From Eubacteriales bacterium mix99 (GTDB lineage Bacteria > Bacillota > Clostridia > Caldicoprobacterales > DTU083), in assembly GCA_038396605.1 (NCBI GenBank), contig CP121690.1, positions 2,484,356 through 2,508,355 of the forward strand: DNA of 24,000 bases, given 5' to 3'. A program made the translations under genes and the position numbers. Positions 1-7,909 of this stretch are shown here, piece after piece. Positions within the stretch are counted from its first letter, which is position 1; every line of letters begins with the position of its first letter. The notes below the pieces were generated by a model that had not been told where the DNA came from, did no database searches, and saw nothing but the letters and a program-made list of their open reading frames with translations.

Positions 1-843
1 ATGGTGTACAGTCATGGGAAGGGTTATTTCGTCTGTAAAGGCAGCAAACTCACAACACATATGGAATCGGCATATCGGGCAACCGACAGGGACATCCGTT
101 GTATTCTTCAGTTGATATCGGACTATTCCATCTATGCCTTTGATGAAGAAATCCGGAACGGGTACATTACGCTGCGGGGTGGCCATCGGGTCGGAATGGC
201 GGGTAAAATTGTTCTGGACAACGGTAAAATCCAGGCAATGAAATATATTAATTCCTTTAATATCCGGATTTCCAGGGAAGTGATTGGATCGGCCGACAAG
301 CTGATCCCTTATCTGATATCCGGCAGGGACGTCTTTCATACCCTGATCCTGTCTCCGCCGCAAATGGGCAAGACGACTCTGTTGCGGGATATCGCCAGAA
401 AGCTGAGCAACGGATTTCCTGGCTTTCGGGCTGTTAAGGTGGGAATTGTGGATGAACGTTCTGAGATTGCAGGATGTTGGCAGGGCATTCCTCAGAGAGA
501 GGTTGGGATTCGTACCGATATTCTGGATGGATGTCCCAAGGCGGAGGGAATGATGATGCTGATCCGATCCATGTCTCCCAATGTGATTATCACAGATGAA
601 ATCGGGCGGTCCGAGGATGTGGCGGCCATCCGGGAGGCATTGAATGCCGGGATCCGGGTGATTACTTCCGCTCATGCGTCGGATCTGCAGGATGCCAGGG
701 TAAGGCCGGTGCTGTCCCAGCTTCTGGACTGCCGGATCTTCCAGCGGATCGCGGTACTTGGCGGCTCCCTGGGAGTCGGAACGCTGGAAAAGGTCTATAC
801 CGGGGATGATTTTACACAGATTTTGCACAAACCGGTTCGGTGA
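1..843 (+). CDS. spoIIIAA: Stage III sporulation protein AA (ATPase of the SpoIIIA-SpoIIQ channel); probably truncated at the 5' end by the window edge
   Basis: The ORF is open from base 1. It has Walker A 'PPQMGKTTLLRD', Walker B-like 'VIITDEIG' and an 'ITLRGGHRVG' motif. spoIIIAB-AH follow in canonical order. Confidence 0.9.
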   Translation: MVYSHGKGYFVCKGSKLTTHMESAYRATDRDIRCILQLISDYSIYAFDEEIRNGYITLRGGHRVGMAGKIVLDNGKIQAMKYINSFNIRISREVIGSADKLIPYLISGRDVFHTLILSPPQMGKTTLLRDIARKLSNGFPGFRAVKVGIVDERSEIAGCWQGIPQREVGIRTDILDGCPKAEGMMMLIRSMSPNVIITDEIGRSEDVAAIREALNAGIRVITSAHASDLQDARVRPVLSQLLDCRIFQRIAVLGGSLGVGTLEKVYTGDDFTQILHKPVR

Positions 844-860
844 CAGAAAGGAGGCTCCAA

Positions 861-1382
861 ATGATCCTTAAAATATTCAACAGCTGCGTAATTGTGCTGA
901 CCTCTACATTGATCGGATTTGAAGCCGCAAAGCGTTACGTAATGAGAACAAGGGAGCTTCGTGCGTTTCAAAGCGCACTGTCCCGGTTGGAAACGGAAAT
1001 CCTTCATTATTCCTCCCTCCTGCCGGAAGCGATGCTGCAGATCGGCGGCTCCATTGGAGGAGGGACCGGGAAGGTTTTCATCCGGACCGGAAAACTCCTG
1101 GCAGGCAAAAAGAACTATTCTGTTTCCGAAGCCTGGAGTTCTTCCCTGCAGTATCTGAAGACGGAATTGTTTCTTGAAAAGGAGGATATGGAAATTTTAA
1201 GACGGTTCGGAGAACAGCTGGGAGGCAGTGATAAGGACGGGCAGGTAAAATATATCAGGCTGACTTTGATGCAGCTGCATGAGGAAGAAGAAAAGGCACG
1301 GGTCATTCGGGAGAAATATGAGCGAATGTATAAAAGTCTGGGATTGCTTGGCGGTATCGCATTAGCGATCATTCTGTTCTGA
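861..1382 (+). CDS. spoIIIAB: Stage III sporulation protein AB
   Basis: RBS AAAGGAGG (847-854) lies 6 nt before ATG 861. The track's GTG 840 start overlaps spoIIIAA and is less likely. About 173 aa with hydrophobic N- and C-terminal segments; size and position match SpoIIIAB. Confidence 0.85.
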   Translation: MILKIFNSCVIVLTSTLIGFEAAKRYVMRTRELRAFQSALSRLETEILHYSSLLPEAMLQIGGSIGGGTGKVFIRTGKLLAGKKNYSVSEAWSSSLQYLKTELFLEKEDMEILRRFGEQLGGSDKDGQVKYIRLTLMQLHEEEEKARVIREKYERMYKSLGLLGGIALAIILF

Positions 1383-1396
1383 CTGGAGGGAAGGAA

Positions 1397-1594
1397 ATGG
1401 ATGTAGACCTCATTTTTAAGATTGCTGCCATAGGAATCCTGATCGCTGTCATCAATCAGGTTTTGACCAAGGCAGGAAGGGAAGATATGGCTATGATGAC
1501 TTCCCTGGCCGGTGTGATAATCGTTCTTCTTATGATAGTGGATCTGATCAGCCGGCTGTTCAACAGTGTGAAGTCCATCTTCCATTTATACTGA
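1397..1594 (+). CDS. spoIIIAC: Stage III sporulation protein AC (small 2-TM protein)
   Basis: 65 aa. 'IFKIAAIGILIAVINQVLTKAGREDMA' is a typical SpoIIIAC sequence. RBS GGAGGGAAGGA lies upstream, and the gene is in the expected operon position. Confidence 0.9.
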   Translation: MDVDLIFKIAAIGILIAVINQVLTKAGREDMAMMTSLAGVIIVLLMIVDLISRLFNSVKSIFHLY

Positions 1595-1618
1595 AAGGTT
1601 CCGAAGGAGGTCCCCTCG

Positions 1619-2005
1619 ATGAACATTATGCAGATTGTAGCCATAGGTCTGACGGCTGCCGTACTTGCCCTGGTTGTCCGGCAGCAAAGGCCGGATATTG
1701 CAATGATGATTTCCCTGGCTGCCGGAACGATCCTGTTTCTGATGATTCTCGGTAATCTGAAGTCCGTGGTTACGGTTGTGAATCAGCTGTCCCACAAAGC
1801 AAGCCTGGATTCCATTTATCTTTCCACCGTTCTGAAAGTAATCGGGATTTCCTATATCGCTGAGTTTGGAGCTCAGATCTGCCGGGATGCGGGAGAAAGC
1901 GCCATTGCCTCCAAAATTGAGTTGGGGGGAAAGGTCCTGATCATGATGTTGGCGGTTCCCATACTGTCCGCATTGCTGGAAACCATATTAAAGCTGCTTC
2001 CGTAA
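1619..2005 (+). CDS. spoIIIAD: Stage III sporulation protein AD
   Basis: 128 aa, multi-TM. 'VLKVIGISYIAEFGAQICRDAGESAIASKIELGGKV' is a characteristic SpoIIIAD core. RBS GAAGGAGG (1603-1610). Confidence 0.9.
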   Translation: MNIMQIVAIGLTAAVLALVVRQQRPDIAMMISLAAGTILFLMILGNLKSVVTVVNQLSHKASLDSIYLSTVLKVIGISYIAEFGAQICRDAGESAIASKIELGGKVLIMMLAVPILSALLETILKLLP

Positions 2006-2018
2006 AAGGAGAGTACTT

Positions 2019-3206
2019 ATGAGGAAAATGATCCTGACGATGCTGCTTGTGCTGGCTCTTTTTGTTTCACCGGCATATGCAGCTCCCGCGGAAAGTGAAA
2101 ACCGGGAGGCAGATCCGGAAGATATTCTTACCGATCAGATTGATGAGCTGAACACGGCGGATTGGGAACCGTACTGGAAAGCTCTTCAGGACCAGGGTAT
2201 GGATATTTCGGAAGGGAAATCGGCCAAGGAAATGATTAGAAAGCTGGTAACCGGACAATTTACCCTTGGGTGGAAGGATATCCTGGACAGAATCCTCGAT
2301 GTCTTCTTCCGGGAGTTTCGGCCGAATCTCATGCTTATGGCGAAAATAATTGTCATAGCAACCCTTTGCGGCCTATTCAAAAATATGAATGATTCCTTCC
2401 GCAATCCCTCGGTTGGCGAAGTCGCATATTTTGCCTGTTACAGCATTATCGTCATTCTGATTCTCCAAAGTCTGATGTCCGCTCTGGAGATTGGAAAAAC
2501 CGGCATCGAACAAATGACGGAATTCATGCAGGTGCTTTATCCGATATTGCTGGCTATGCTGACCGCTGTAGGCAATGTTACAACTTCTTCAGTCCTGCAG
2601 CCTGCTGTTGGAGTGTTGGTCGGAATCGTGGGAACTTTGCTGAAGGATATTATGATACCACTGATTACCTTGTCCGCTGTCGTTCATTTGATCAGTTATA
2701 TCAGTGACAGGGTGCAGATCAAAAAGCTGGGGAAGCTGTTGAACCAAATAAGTGTCTGGATCCTGAGCTTTGTCTTCACGATATTTGTCGGTGTTCTCAC
2801 TATCCAGGGAGCCATGACATCTTCTTTTGACGGACTTTCCGTACGGACTGCCAAATTTGCACTGGACCAGTTTGTCCCGGTTGTTGGAAAGATGCTCTCC
2901 CAATCCATGGATACCATTATCGGATGCTCGATCCTTCTGAAGAATGCAGCAGGTGTGACAGGTCTGATCATCATTGGCATGTTGTGCCTTGCGCCGGGAA
3001 TGAAAATATTGACGCTTATGCTACTGTATAAACTTTCCAGTGCATTGCTGGAACCGATAACGGATCAACGTATTGTGGATTGTCTGGACGGAATCGGCAG
3101 TGTGCTGAATGTATTGTTTATTACTGTTGTGGGCATTGCGCTGATGTTTTTTCTCACGGTGGCCCTGATTATCGGTACCGGAAATGCATCTTTGATGGGG
3201 AAATGA
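2019..3206 (+). CDS. spoIIIAE: Stage III sporulation protein AE (polytopic membrane protein)
   Basis: 395 aa. Signal-like N-terminus 'MRKMILTMLLVLALFVSPAYA' followed by many TM segments. RBS AAAGGAGAG upstream; expected operon position. Confidence 0.9.
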   Translation: MRKMILTMLLVLALFVSPAYAAPAESENREADPEDILTDQIDELNTADWEPYWKALQDQGMDISEGKSAKEMIRKLVTGQFTLGWKDILDRILDVFFREFRPNLMLMAKIIVIATLCGLFKNMNDSFRNPSVGEVAYFACYSIIVILILQSLMSALEIGKTGIEQMTEFMQVLYPILLAMLTAVGNVTTSSVLQPAVGVLVGIVGTLLKDIMIPLITLSAVVHLISYISDRVQIKKLGKLLNQISVWILSFVFTIFVGVLTIQGAMTSSFDGLSVRTAKFALDQFVPVVGKMLSQSMDTIIGCSILLKNAAGVTGLIIIGMLCLAPGMKILTLMLLYKLSSALLEPITDQRIVDCLDGIGSVLNVLFITVVGIALMFFLTVALIIGTGNASLMGK

Positions 3207-3215
3207 GGTGATGGT

Positions 3216-3803
3216 ATGAAAACCGCAGTCAGCCAGTGGATCATCAATCTCACCGTGATTGCCATACTGGGAGCTTTGGTGGATATTCTTCTGCCCAACA
3301 GCAGTTTCCGGAAGTACAGCAGTTTCCTTTTCGGGCTTGTAATCCTGATCATGTTTCTGCAGCCTGTTCTGAAACTCATGGGTCAAACACAGGATTTTGA
3401 TGCATTCATATACCAAAGGGCAGCGACGCAGAATGCGGAGACGGCTTCCTTTCAAAGCAGTCAGCTGGAAAAGGGACAGAAACAGCAGTTGGAAAAAGTG
3501 TATCAGAAAAACCTGGAAAAAGATATGGCGGATCAACTGGAAAGCGCAACGGACTGGGACCCGGTATCGGTTCAGGTAACCTTTTCCGGAACCAGGGGAG
3601 AACCCGATTTGTCGCAGCTGGAACGGATTGATGTGTCTGCCGAGCAAAAAGGTCAAACCGTTTCCATCGATCCTGTCACCATTGAAACCGGTAAGGAATC
3701 CGGGAATCTGCAGAAGGATGCAGAAGGAGTGCCGGAGATCAAACGATTGCTGTCGGAACGTTATGGGATCGAAAAGGACAGGGTTTATGTAAACGGGAAT
3801 TAA
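3216..3803 (+). CDS. spoIIIAF: Stage III sporulation protein AF
   Basis: 195 aa. Two N-terminal TM helices ('WIINLTVIAILGALVDILLP', 'SFLFGLVILIMFLQPVL') followed by a soluble domain. Position and size fit SpoIIIAF. Confidence 0.8.
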   Translation: MKTAVSQWIINLTVIAILGALVDILLPNSSFRKYSSFLFGLVILIMFLQPVLKLMGQTQDFDAFIYQRAATQNAETASFQSSQLEKGQKQQLEKVYQKNLEKDMADQLESATDWDPVSVQVTFSGTRGEPDLSQLERIDVSAEQKGQTVSIDPVTIETGKESGNLQKDAEGVPEIKRLLSERYGIEKDRVYVNGN

Positions 3804-3822
3804 AAACAAAGGAGGGCTTTTT

Positions 3823-4440
3823 ATGGAAAAGGAGATGCGCTTCCACGCCCTGTTTGATCGGCTGAAAAAAGTGAAAAATATTGAGTATTTTATTTTTATT
3901 CTGGCCATAGCAATAATAATGAGTCTGGCAGGTAATTTGCTTCAGCCGCAATCAAAGGGAGAGGGTGAAGAGAAAAAGGTCCGCTCCGGCGCGGCTTTGC
4001 CTGAGTCCAGCCAGGATGCGAAGAAGGAAAAAGGCAGTACGGACCGGGAAAAGCGGTTGAAGGACGTTCTGTCGGCGATTCAGGGTGCCGGAAAGGTGGA
4101 TGTCATGATTACTTACAAAACAGGCAAGGAGGTTGTTCCAGCCATGAATACCGTGGAATCCAGCACGGAAACGGAGGAAAAGGACAGCAATGGCGGTGTC
4201 CGGCGCACAACGCAAACCGATGTCAATACCCAGCCTGTCAGCATGGATTCTCCGGACGGATCCCAGCCGCTGATTTCCAGGGAAAACGAGCCGGAGGTTC
4301 AGGGAGTCATCGTTGTGGCGGAAGGTGCGGAAGATATTCAGGTCCGGATTGGACTGCAGCAGGCGGTGCAGACCCTTCTGGGGATACAGTCCGATCAGGT
4401 TGAGGTTTTTGTCATGGACGATAACGGAATGGAGGAGTGA
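3823..4440 (+). CDS. spoIIIAG: Stage III sporulation protein AG (ring-forming component)
   Basis: 205 aa. N-terminal TM, a charged linker, and a C-terminal 'GAGKVDVMITY...VQGVIVVAEGAED..VR..LQQAVQTLLGI' block typical of SpoIIIAG. RBS GGAGGG (3811-3816). Confidence 0.85.
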   Translation: MEKEMRFHALFDRLKKVKNIEYFIFILAIAIIMSLAGNLLQPQSKGEGEEKKVRSGAALPESSQDAKKEKGSTDREKRLKDVLSAIQGAGKVDVMITYKTGKEVVPAMNTVESSTETEEKDSNGGVRRTTQTDVNTQPVSMDSPDGSQPLISRENEPEVQGVIVVAEGAEDIQVRIGLQQAVQTLLGIQSDQVEVFVMDDNGMEE

Positions 4441-4443
4441 GAG

Positions 4444-5130
4444 ATGTTGGTGCTGAAAAGAAAAAATCTGGTTATTGGGCTTTTGGTGGTGTTATTGATC
4501 ATCACGGGTTATCTGAACTTTGTGTACAATCAGGATTCTGCCCCGGCTGTCAGTCCGGAGAAGGACGTCGCAGCAGAAAAAAAAGATGGGATAAGCGGAA
4601 AGATTACGATAAGCGATCTGGAGGATCAGGGGAAAGCGTCTGATTCGAAAAAGTTGGCAGATCAATCGCAAAAGGACGAAAATGCAGATGAAAAGAAGGG
4701 CAAAACCACAGACGCCGCAGATGGGAAATCAACCGATAAGGAGAGCCAGGAAGCTTCTGCGTCTGCGAGTACCACCTTTTTCCGGGATTACCGGTTTCAA
4801 AGGGAACAGGATAGGAACGAGGAGATCGGACACATCAATTCCATCGTAAAAAATCCCAATTCCGATCCGGAAATGGTAAAGGAAGCACAGGCACAGCTTC
4901 TGGACATTACCTCCAATAAGGAATCGGAACTGGCGATCGAAAATCTGATCAGGGCAAAAGGTTTTTCCGATGTGGCAGTGATTCTGCATCATGACAACGT
5001 CAATGTCATTGTGGATAAATCTGAACTGGTCCCGGAAGAGGTAGCAATGATCCTGGACATTGTCAAACGGGAATCCGGAAAGGAAGCAGAAAACATAAAA
5101 ATCATTCCCAGGGTTGGAACGAAGGATTAG
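4444..5130 (+). CDS. spoIIIAH: Stage III sporulation protein AH (partner of SpoIIQ)
   Basis: 228 aa. N-terminal TM 'LVIGLLVVLLIITGYL', a long K/D/E-rich linker, and a C-terminal 'FFRDYRFQREQDRNEE...' domain as in SpoIIIAH. It is the last gene of the operon. Confidence 0.8.
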   Translation: MLVLKRKNLVIGLLVVLLIITGYLNFVYNQDSAPAVSPEKDVAAEKKDGISGKITISDLEDQGKASDSKKLADQSQKDENADEKKGKTTDAADGKSTDKESQEASASASTTFFRDYRFQREQDRNEEIGHINSIVKNPNSDPEMVKEAQAQLLDITSNKESELAIENLIRAKGFSDVAVILHHDNVNVIVDKSELVPEEVAMILDIVKRESGKEAENIKIIPRVGTKD

Positions 5131-5136
5131 AACGAT

Positions 5137-5165
5137 TTGTAAAAGCCCATGTTATTTGGTATAAT
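5137..5165 (+). promoter_or_regulatory. Candidate sigma-A promoter for the asp23 module: -35 TTGTAA, 17-nt spacer, extended -10 TGgTATAAT
   Basis: TTGTAA at 5137-5142. TG at 5157-5158. TATAAT at 5160-5165. It sits in the 71-nt gap between spoIIIAH and asp23. Confidence 0.55.
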
Positions 5166-5201
5166 AAAACCATGTAACAACAATTTACAGGAGGTGAAAA
5201 A

Positions 5202-5576
5202 ATGGAACAACAGACAAATGGGGATTATGGCAATGTGACATTTGCCGATGAAGTCGTTGCCATTATCGCAGGCCTGGCAGCCATGGAGATTCCGGGGGTT
5301 TCTGCAATGAGCAGCGGTATTATGGAAAAACTCGGGAAAAAGAACCTGTCCAGAGGGGTAAAGGTGGAGGTTGGCGAAAAAGAAACGGCAATTGACTTAT
5401 ACCTAATTGTGGATTATGGCGTTCGGATACCGGATATTGCGTGGAATATCCAGGAGAATGTTAAAAAAACCGTTGAAACCATGACAGGACTTCATGTAAT
5501 AGAGGTAAACATCCATATTCAGGGCATCGATTTTGAAAAGGAAAGAAAAGAAGGGGAACCGCCGTCCAAGGCATGA
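5202..5576 (+). CDS. Asp23/Gls24-family alkaline-shock/envelope-stress protein (YqhY-like)
   Basis: 124 aa. 'VTFADEVVAIIAGLAAMEIPGV' and 'DIAWNIQENVKKTVETMTGLHVIEVNIHIQGI' are classic Asp23-family blocks. RBS AGGAGGTG upstream. Confidence 0.9.
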   Translation: MEQQTNGDYGNVTFADEVVAIIAGLAAMEIPGVSAMSSGIMEKLGKKNLSRGVKVEVGEKETAIDLYLIVDYGVRIPDIAWNIQENVKKTVETMTGLHVIEVNIHIQGIDFEKERKEGEPPSKA

Positions 5577-5595
5577 TCCCCATGATTCTTTCAAA

Positions 5596-5615
5596 CCCTC
5601 TGAATTCTCAGAGGG
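5596..5615 (+). other. Perfect 8-bp stem / 4-nt loop hairpin (CCCTCTGA-ATTC-TCAGAGGG) between asp23 and amaP; no U-tract follows
   Basis: Inverted repeat read directly from the sequence. The following sequence TACTTGCAC is not T-rich, so it is not a canonical terminator. Confidence 0.4.
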
Positions 5616-5667
5616 TACTTGCACAGGAACCGGAAACAAAAGAAACAAGAAGAAAGGATGGATACCG

Positions 5668-6222
5668 ATGAAGATGAAAATGGGAGACCGTATTCTGCTG
5701 TCGTTTTATATTCTTGTTGTCATTGCTCTTTCGCTTGGACTGCTTTGCATTGCTCTGAATGTCATCCCTCTTTCGTATTTCAAGGGCCTGATTGCCGGCT
5801 TGGATTACAATGGACCCTTTATTCTGGTTACGTTGGCGATATCACTGGTTTTGCTGGCAGCCAGTGTCCGTCTTTTAACAGCCGGCACCTCCCGGAAGAA
5901 ACCGGCCAGTGCTGTCTTGAAAACAACGGATCTGGGAATGATCCGGGTGTCCCTGGAGACCCTGGATACTCTTACCCAAAAGGCAGTACATAGTTTCCAG
6001 GAAGTCCGGGATGTTGTCAGCACCGTTCTTCCGGAGGCCGATGAGGGTGTCCGGATAAAATTGAAGGTAACAATACTGCCGGATGTCCGGATGCCTGAAT
6101 TAACGCAAAACATTCAGGAAAAGGTAAAAAAATATGTGGAGGAAATGTCGGGAATTGCAGTCAGGGAAGTACTGGTTTATATTGATAATCTGACGGCTGC
6201 ACGACCAAACCGGGTTGAATAG
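5668..6222 (+). CDS. amaP: AmaP-like membrane anchor protein for Asp23 (two TM segments plus an Asp23-like C-terminal domain)
   Basis: ATG 5668 is preceded by GAAAGGA. The N-terminus 'MKMKMGDRILLSFYILVVIALSLGLL' has two TM helices, followed by an Asp23-like 'NIQEKVKKYVEEMSGIAVREVLVYIDNL'. The track's 5533 start adds an implausible K/R-rich extension that overlaps asp23. Confidence 0.75.
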   Translation: MKMKMGDRILLSFYILVVIALSLGLLCIALNVIPLSYFKGLIAGLDYNGPFILVTLAISLVLLAASVRLLTAGTSRKKPASAVLKTTDLGMIRVSLETLDTLTQKAVHSFQEVRDVVSTVLPEADEGVRIKLKVTILPDVRMPELTQNIQEKVKKYVEEMSGIAVREVLVYIDNLTAARPNRVE

Positions 6223-6234
6223 GGGGCAACAGCA

Positions 6235-6474
6235 ATGACAATAAAGGAAATTGTTGTATCCTGCTTTACCACACATCGGGGGAAAACCATCGGGTTCCTG
6301 GGCGGACTGATCTTTGGCATTCTGATCCTGACGATTGGTTTTTGGCGAGGCTTGTTTCTGAGTCTGGCGGTTGGGATCGGCTGTTGGATCGGAAGCTTTT
6401 ACGACCGGAAGGAAAGCTTCCTTACCTTTTTGAGCGAGATGATATCGGATGGAATACGCAATAGAAAGCAATAG
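6235..6474 (+). CDS. Small 2-TM membrane protein, DUF2273-like (third member of Asp23/AmaP operons)
   Basis: 79 aa. 'GKTIGFLGGLIFGILILTIGFWRGLFLSLAVGIGCWIG'. RBS AGGGGG lies 8 nt upstream. Its position after amaP is the same as in Asp23 operons. Confidence 0.7.
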   Translation: MTIKEIVVSCFTTHRGKTIGFLGGLIFGILILTIGFWRGLFLSLAVGIGCWIGSFYDRKESFLTFLSEMISDGIRNRKQ

Positions 6475-6482
6475 GAGGGCAT

Positions 6483-6914
6483 ATGGCAAGAAGACCGGCG
6501 AGGGAAGCTGCAATGAGATTATTATATCAGGAGATCTTTACACAGGATTTCGGGAATTGCGATCTGGGAACTTTCAGGGATATTACTTCAGATCTGGTTC
6601 TGGACAAGCGGGATATTCCTTATGTGGAAGATATCCTGCGGGGCTGTACGGATCATCAGGAGGAGATTGACCGGATCATCCGGACTCACAGTAAGGCATG
6701 GAAGTTTGAACGGATTGCAAAGGTGGATCTTTCCATTCTTCGTCTGGCTCTGTACGAAATCAATTACCGCGATGATATACCGGACAGCGTTTCGGTCAAT
6801 GAAGCGGTGGAGCTTGGAAAAAAATATGGCGGAGATCAGTCCGGATCCTTTATCAATGGCATCCTGGGTGCCTATCTTCGCCAGTGCACCCCATCCGGAA
6901 GTCCTTCGTCATGA
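6483..6914 (+). CDS. nusB: Transcription antitermination factor NusB
   Basis: 143 aa. 'RRPAREAAMRLLYQ' and 'VDLSILRLALYEI...VSVNEAVELGKKYGGDQSGSFINGILG' are conserved NusB blocks. RBS AGGAGGG upstream. Confidence 0.9.
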   Translation: MARRPAREAAMRLLYQEIFTQDFGNCDLGTFRDITSDLVLDKRDIPYVEDILRGCTDHQEEIDRIIRTHSKAWKFERIAKVDLSILRLALYEINYRDDIPDSVSVNEAVELGKKYGGDQSGSFINGILGAYLRQCTPSGSPSS

Positions 6915-7909
6915 AGTACATACTTGGCATGGATACCAGCTGTTATACGACGTCTCTGGCAGGTGTCGGGCTGGATGGGGAAGTCCTGTTCAGCAGACAG
7001 CTTCTGCTGTCTGTTCCCGGGGGGAAGAGGGGATTACAGCAATCCGAGGCTTTGTTCCAGCATGTAAAGAATATCCCGAAAGTAACGTCCGGTCTGCGGC
7101 AGGCCCTGCCGGACGGAGAGATTGCAGCTGTCTGTGCAAGTACCCGGCCCCGACGATCCGAAAGCTCCTATATGCCTGTCTTTTTGGTTGGGCATCATTT
7201 TGGCCATGCAGTTTCCGATTTGACCCATGCTCCGTTTTATAAGACCAGCCATCAGGAAAATCATATTATGGCCGGTCTTTCTTCCGCAAAGGGGCCGGAT
7301 TCCAATCGCTTCCTTGCCCTCCACCTGTCCGGCGGTACCACAGAAATGCTGGATGTGGTACGCATCCCATTCGGATTTCAGATTCAACGGGTGGGAAGAA
7401 CGCAGGATCTGCATGTCGGTCAACTGGTGGACCGAATCGGTGTGGCAATGGGCCTGCCTTTTCCGGCAGGTCCTTATTTGGAAGCAATGGCAGCATCCGG
7501 TACCGGCTCCGTTCATCTGTCCGGTTCCGTAAAGGGCCTTTGCGTCAGTTTTTCCGGGCCGGAGTCCCAGGGACAGCGTTTGCTCCGGGCAGGGGTTTCC
7601 CAACCGGAAATTGCCTGTGCTGTTTATCAGCTGTTGATCCGAACCACAGCCAATTGGATTCTGCATGCGGTGGAGCGGGGATATCCGGAGGAAGTATTGC
7701 TTGTCGGAGGGGTATCCTCCAGTTCATTGTTCCGAAATGGGCTGCGGGAGCGTCTGCTTCACCGACGCAGAAGCGTCCGCCTTTATTTTGCACAGCCGGA
7801 TTTGTCACGGGATAATGCAGTGGGAACAGCACTGCTGGGATTGCAGGCCTATCAAAAGTCAGGAGGGGTATATGAGCCATGTCATTCTTTCCGTCCATCA
7901 GCTGAATGA
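6911..7909 (+). CDS. TsaD/Kae1-like (glycoprotease/ASKHA-fold) paralog of unknown function
   Basis: ATG 6911 forms an ATGA overlap with the nusB stop. 'MKYILGMDTSCYTTS' resembles the TsaD 'ILGIETSCDET' motif. It keeps an HxxxH pair ('HQENH'), and 'LHLSGGTTE' and 'LLVGGVSSS' resemble ASKHA phosphate motifs. It diverges elsewhere from bona fide TsaD. Confidence 0.65.
   Translation: MKYILGMDTSCYTTSLAGVGLDGEVLFSRQLLLSVPGGKRGLQQSEALFQHVKNIPKVTSGLRQALPDGEIAAVCASTRPRRSESSYMPVFLVGHHFGHAVSDLTHAPFYKTSHQENHIMAGLSSAKGPDSNRFLALHLSGGTTEMLDVVRIPFGFQIQRVGRTQDLHVGQLVDRIGVAMGLPFPAGPYLEAMAASGTGSVHLSGSVKGLCVSFSGPESQGQRLLRAGVSQPEIACAVYQLLIRTTANWILHAVERGYPEEVLLVGGVSSSSLFRNGLRERLLHRRRSVRLYFAQPDLSRDNAVGTALLGLQAYQKSGGVYEPCHSFRPSAE

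Noticed and set aside
3021-3908. A 295-aa minus-strand ORF opposite spoIIIAE/AF/AG.
   Set aside because: It is a shadow ORF spanning three well-supported + strand genes. The composition is low-complexity (F/L/R-rich), and no RBS or motif support was found.
5533-5667. N-terminal extensions proposed by the ORF track: 5533 for amaP, 7665 for xseA, 10402 for dxs, 14592 for recN, 6884 for the TsaD-like gene and 840 for spoIIIAB.
   Set aside because: In each case an internal ATG has a good Shine-Dalgarno sequence and begins exactly where family-typical N-termini begin. The extensions overlap upstream genes or promoters and encode atypical sequence.
6622-7242. A 206-aa + strand ORF overlapping nusB and the TsaD-like gene in another frame. 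Similar alternative-frame ORFs occur at 7227-7532, 7540-7815, 5619-5993 and 18248-18559.
   Set aside because: These are out-of-frame overlaps with better-supported genes. Their Arg/Cys/Trp-rich composition is typical of off-frame translation.
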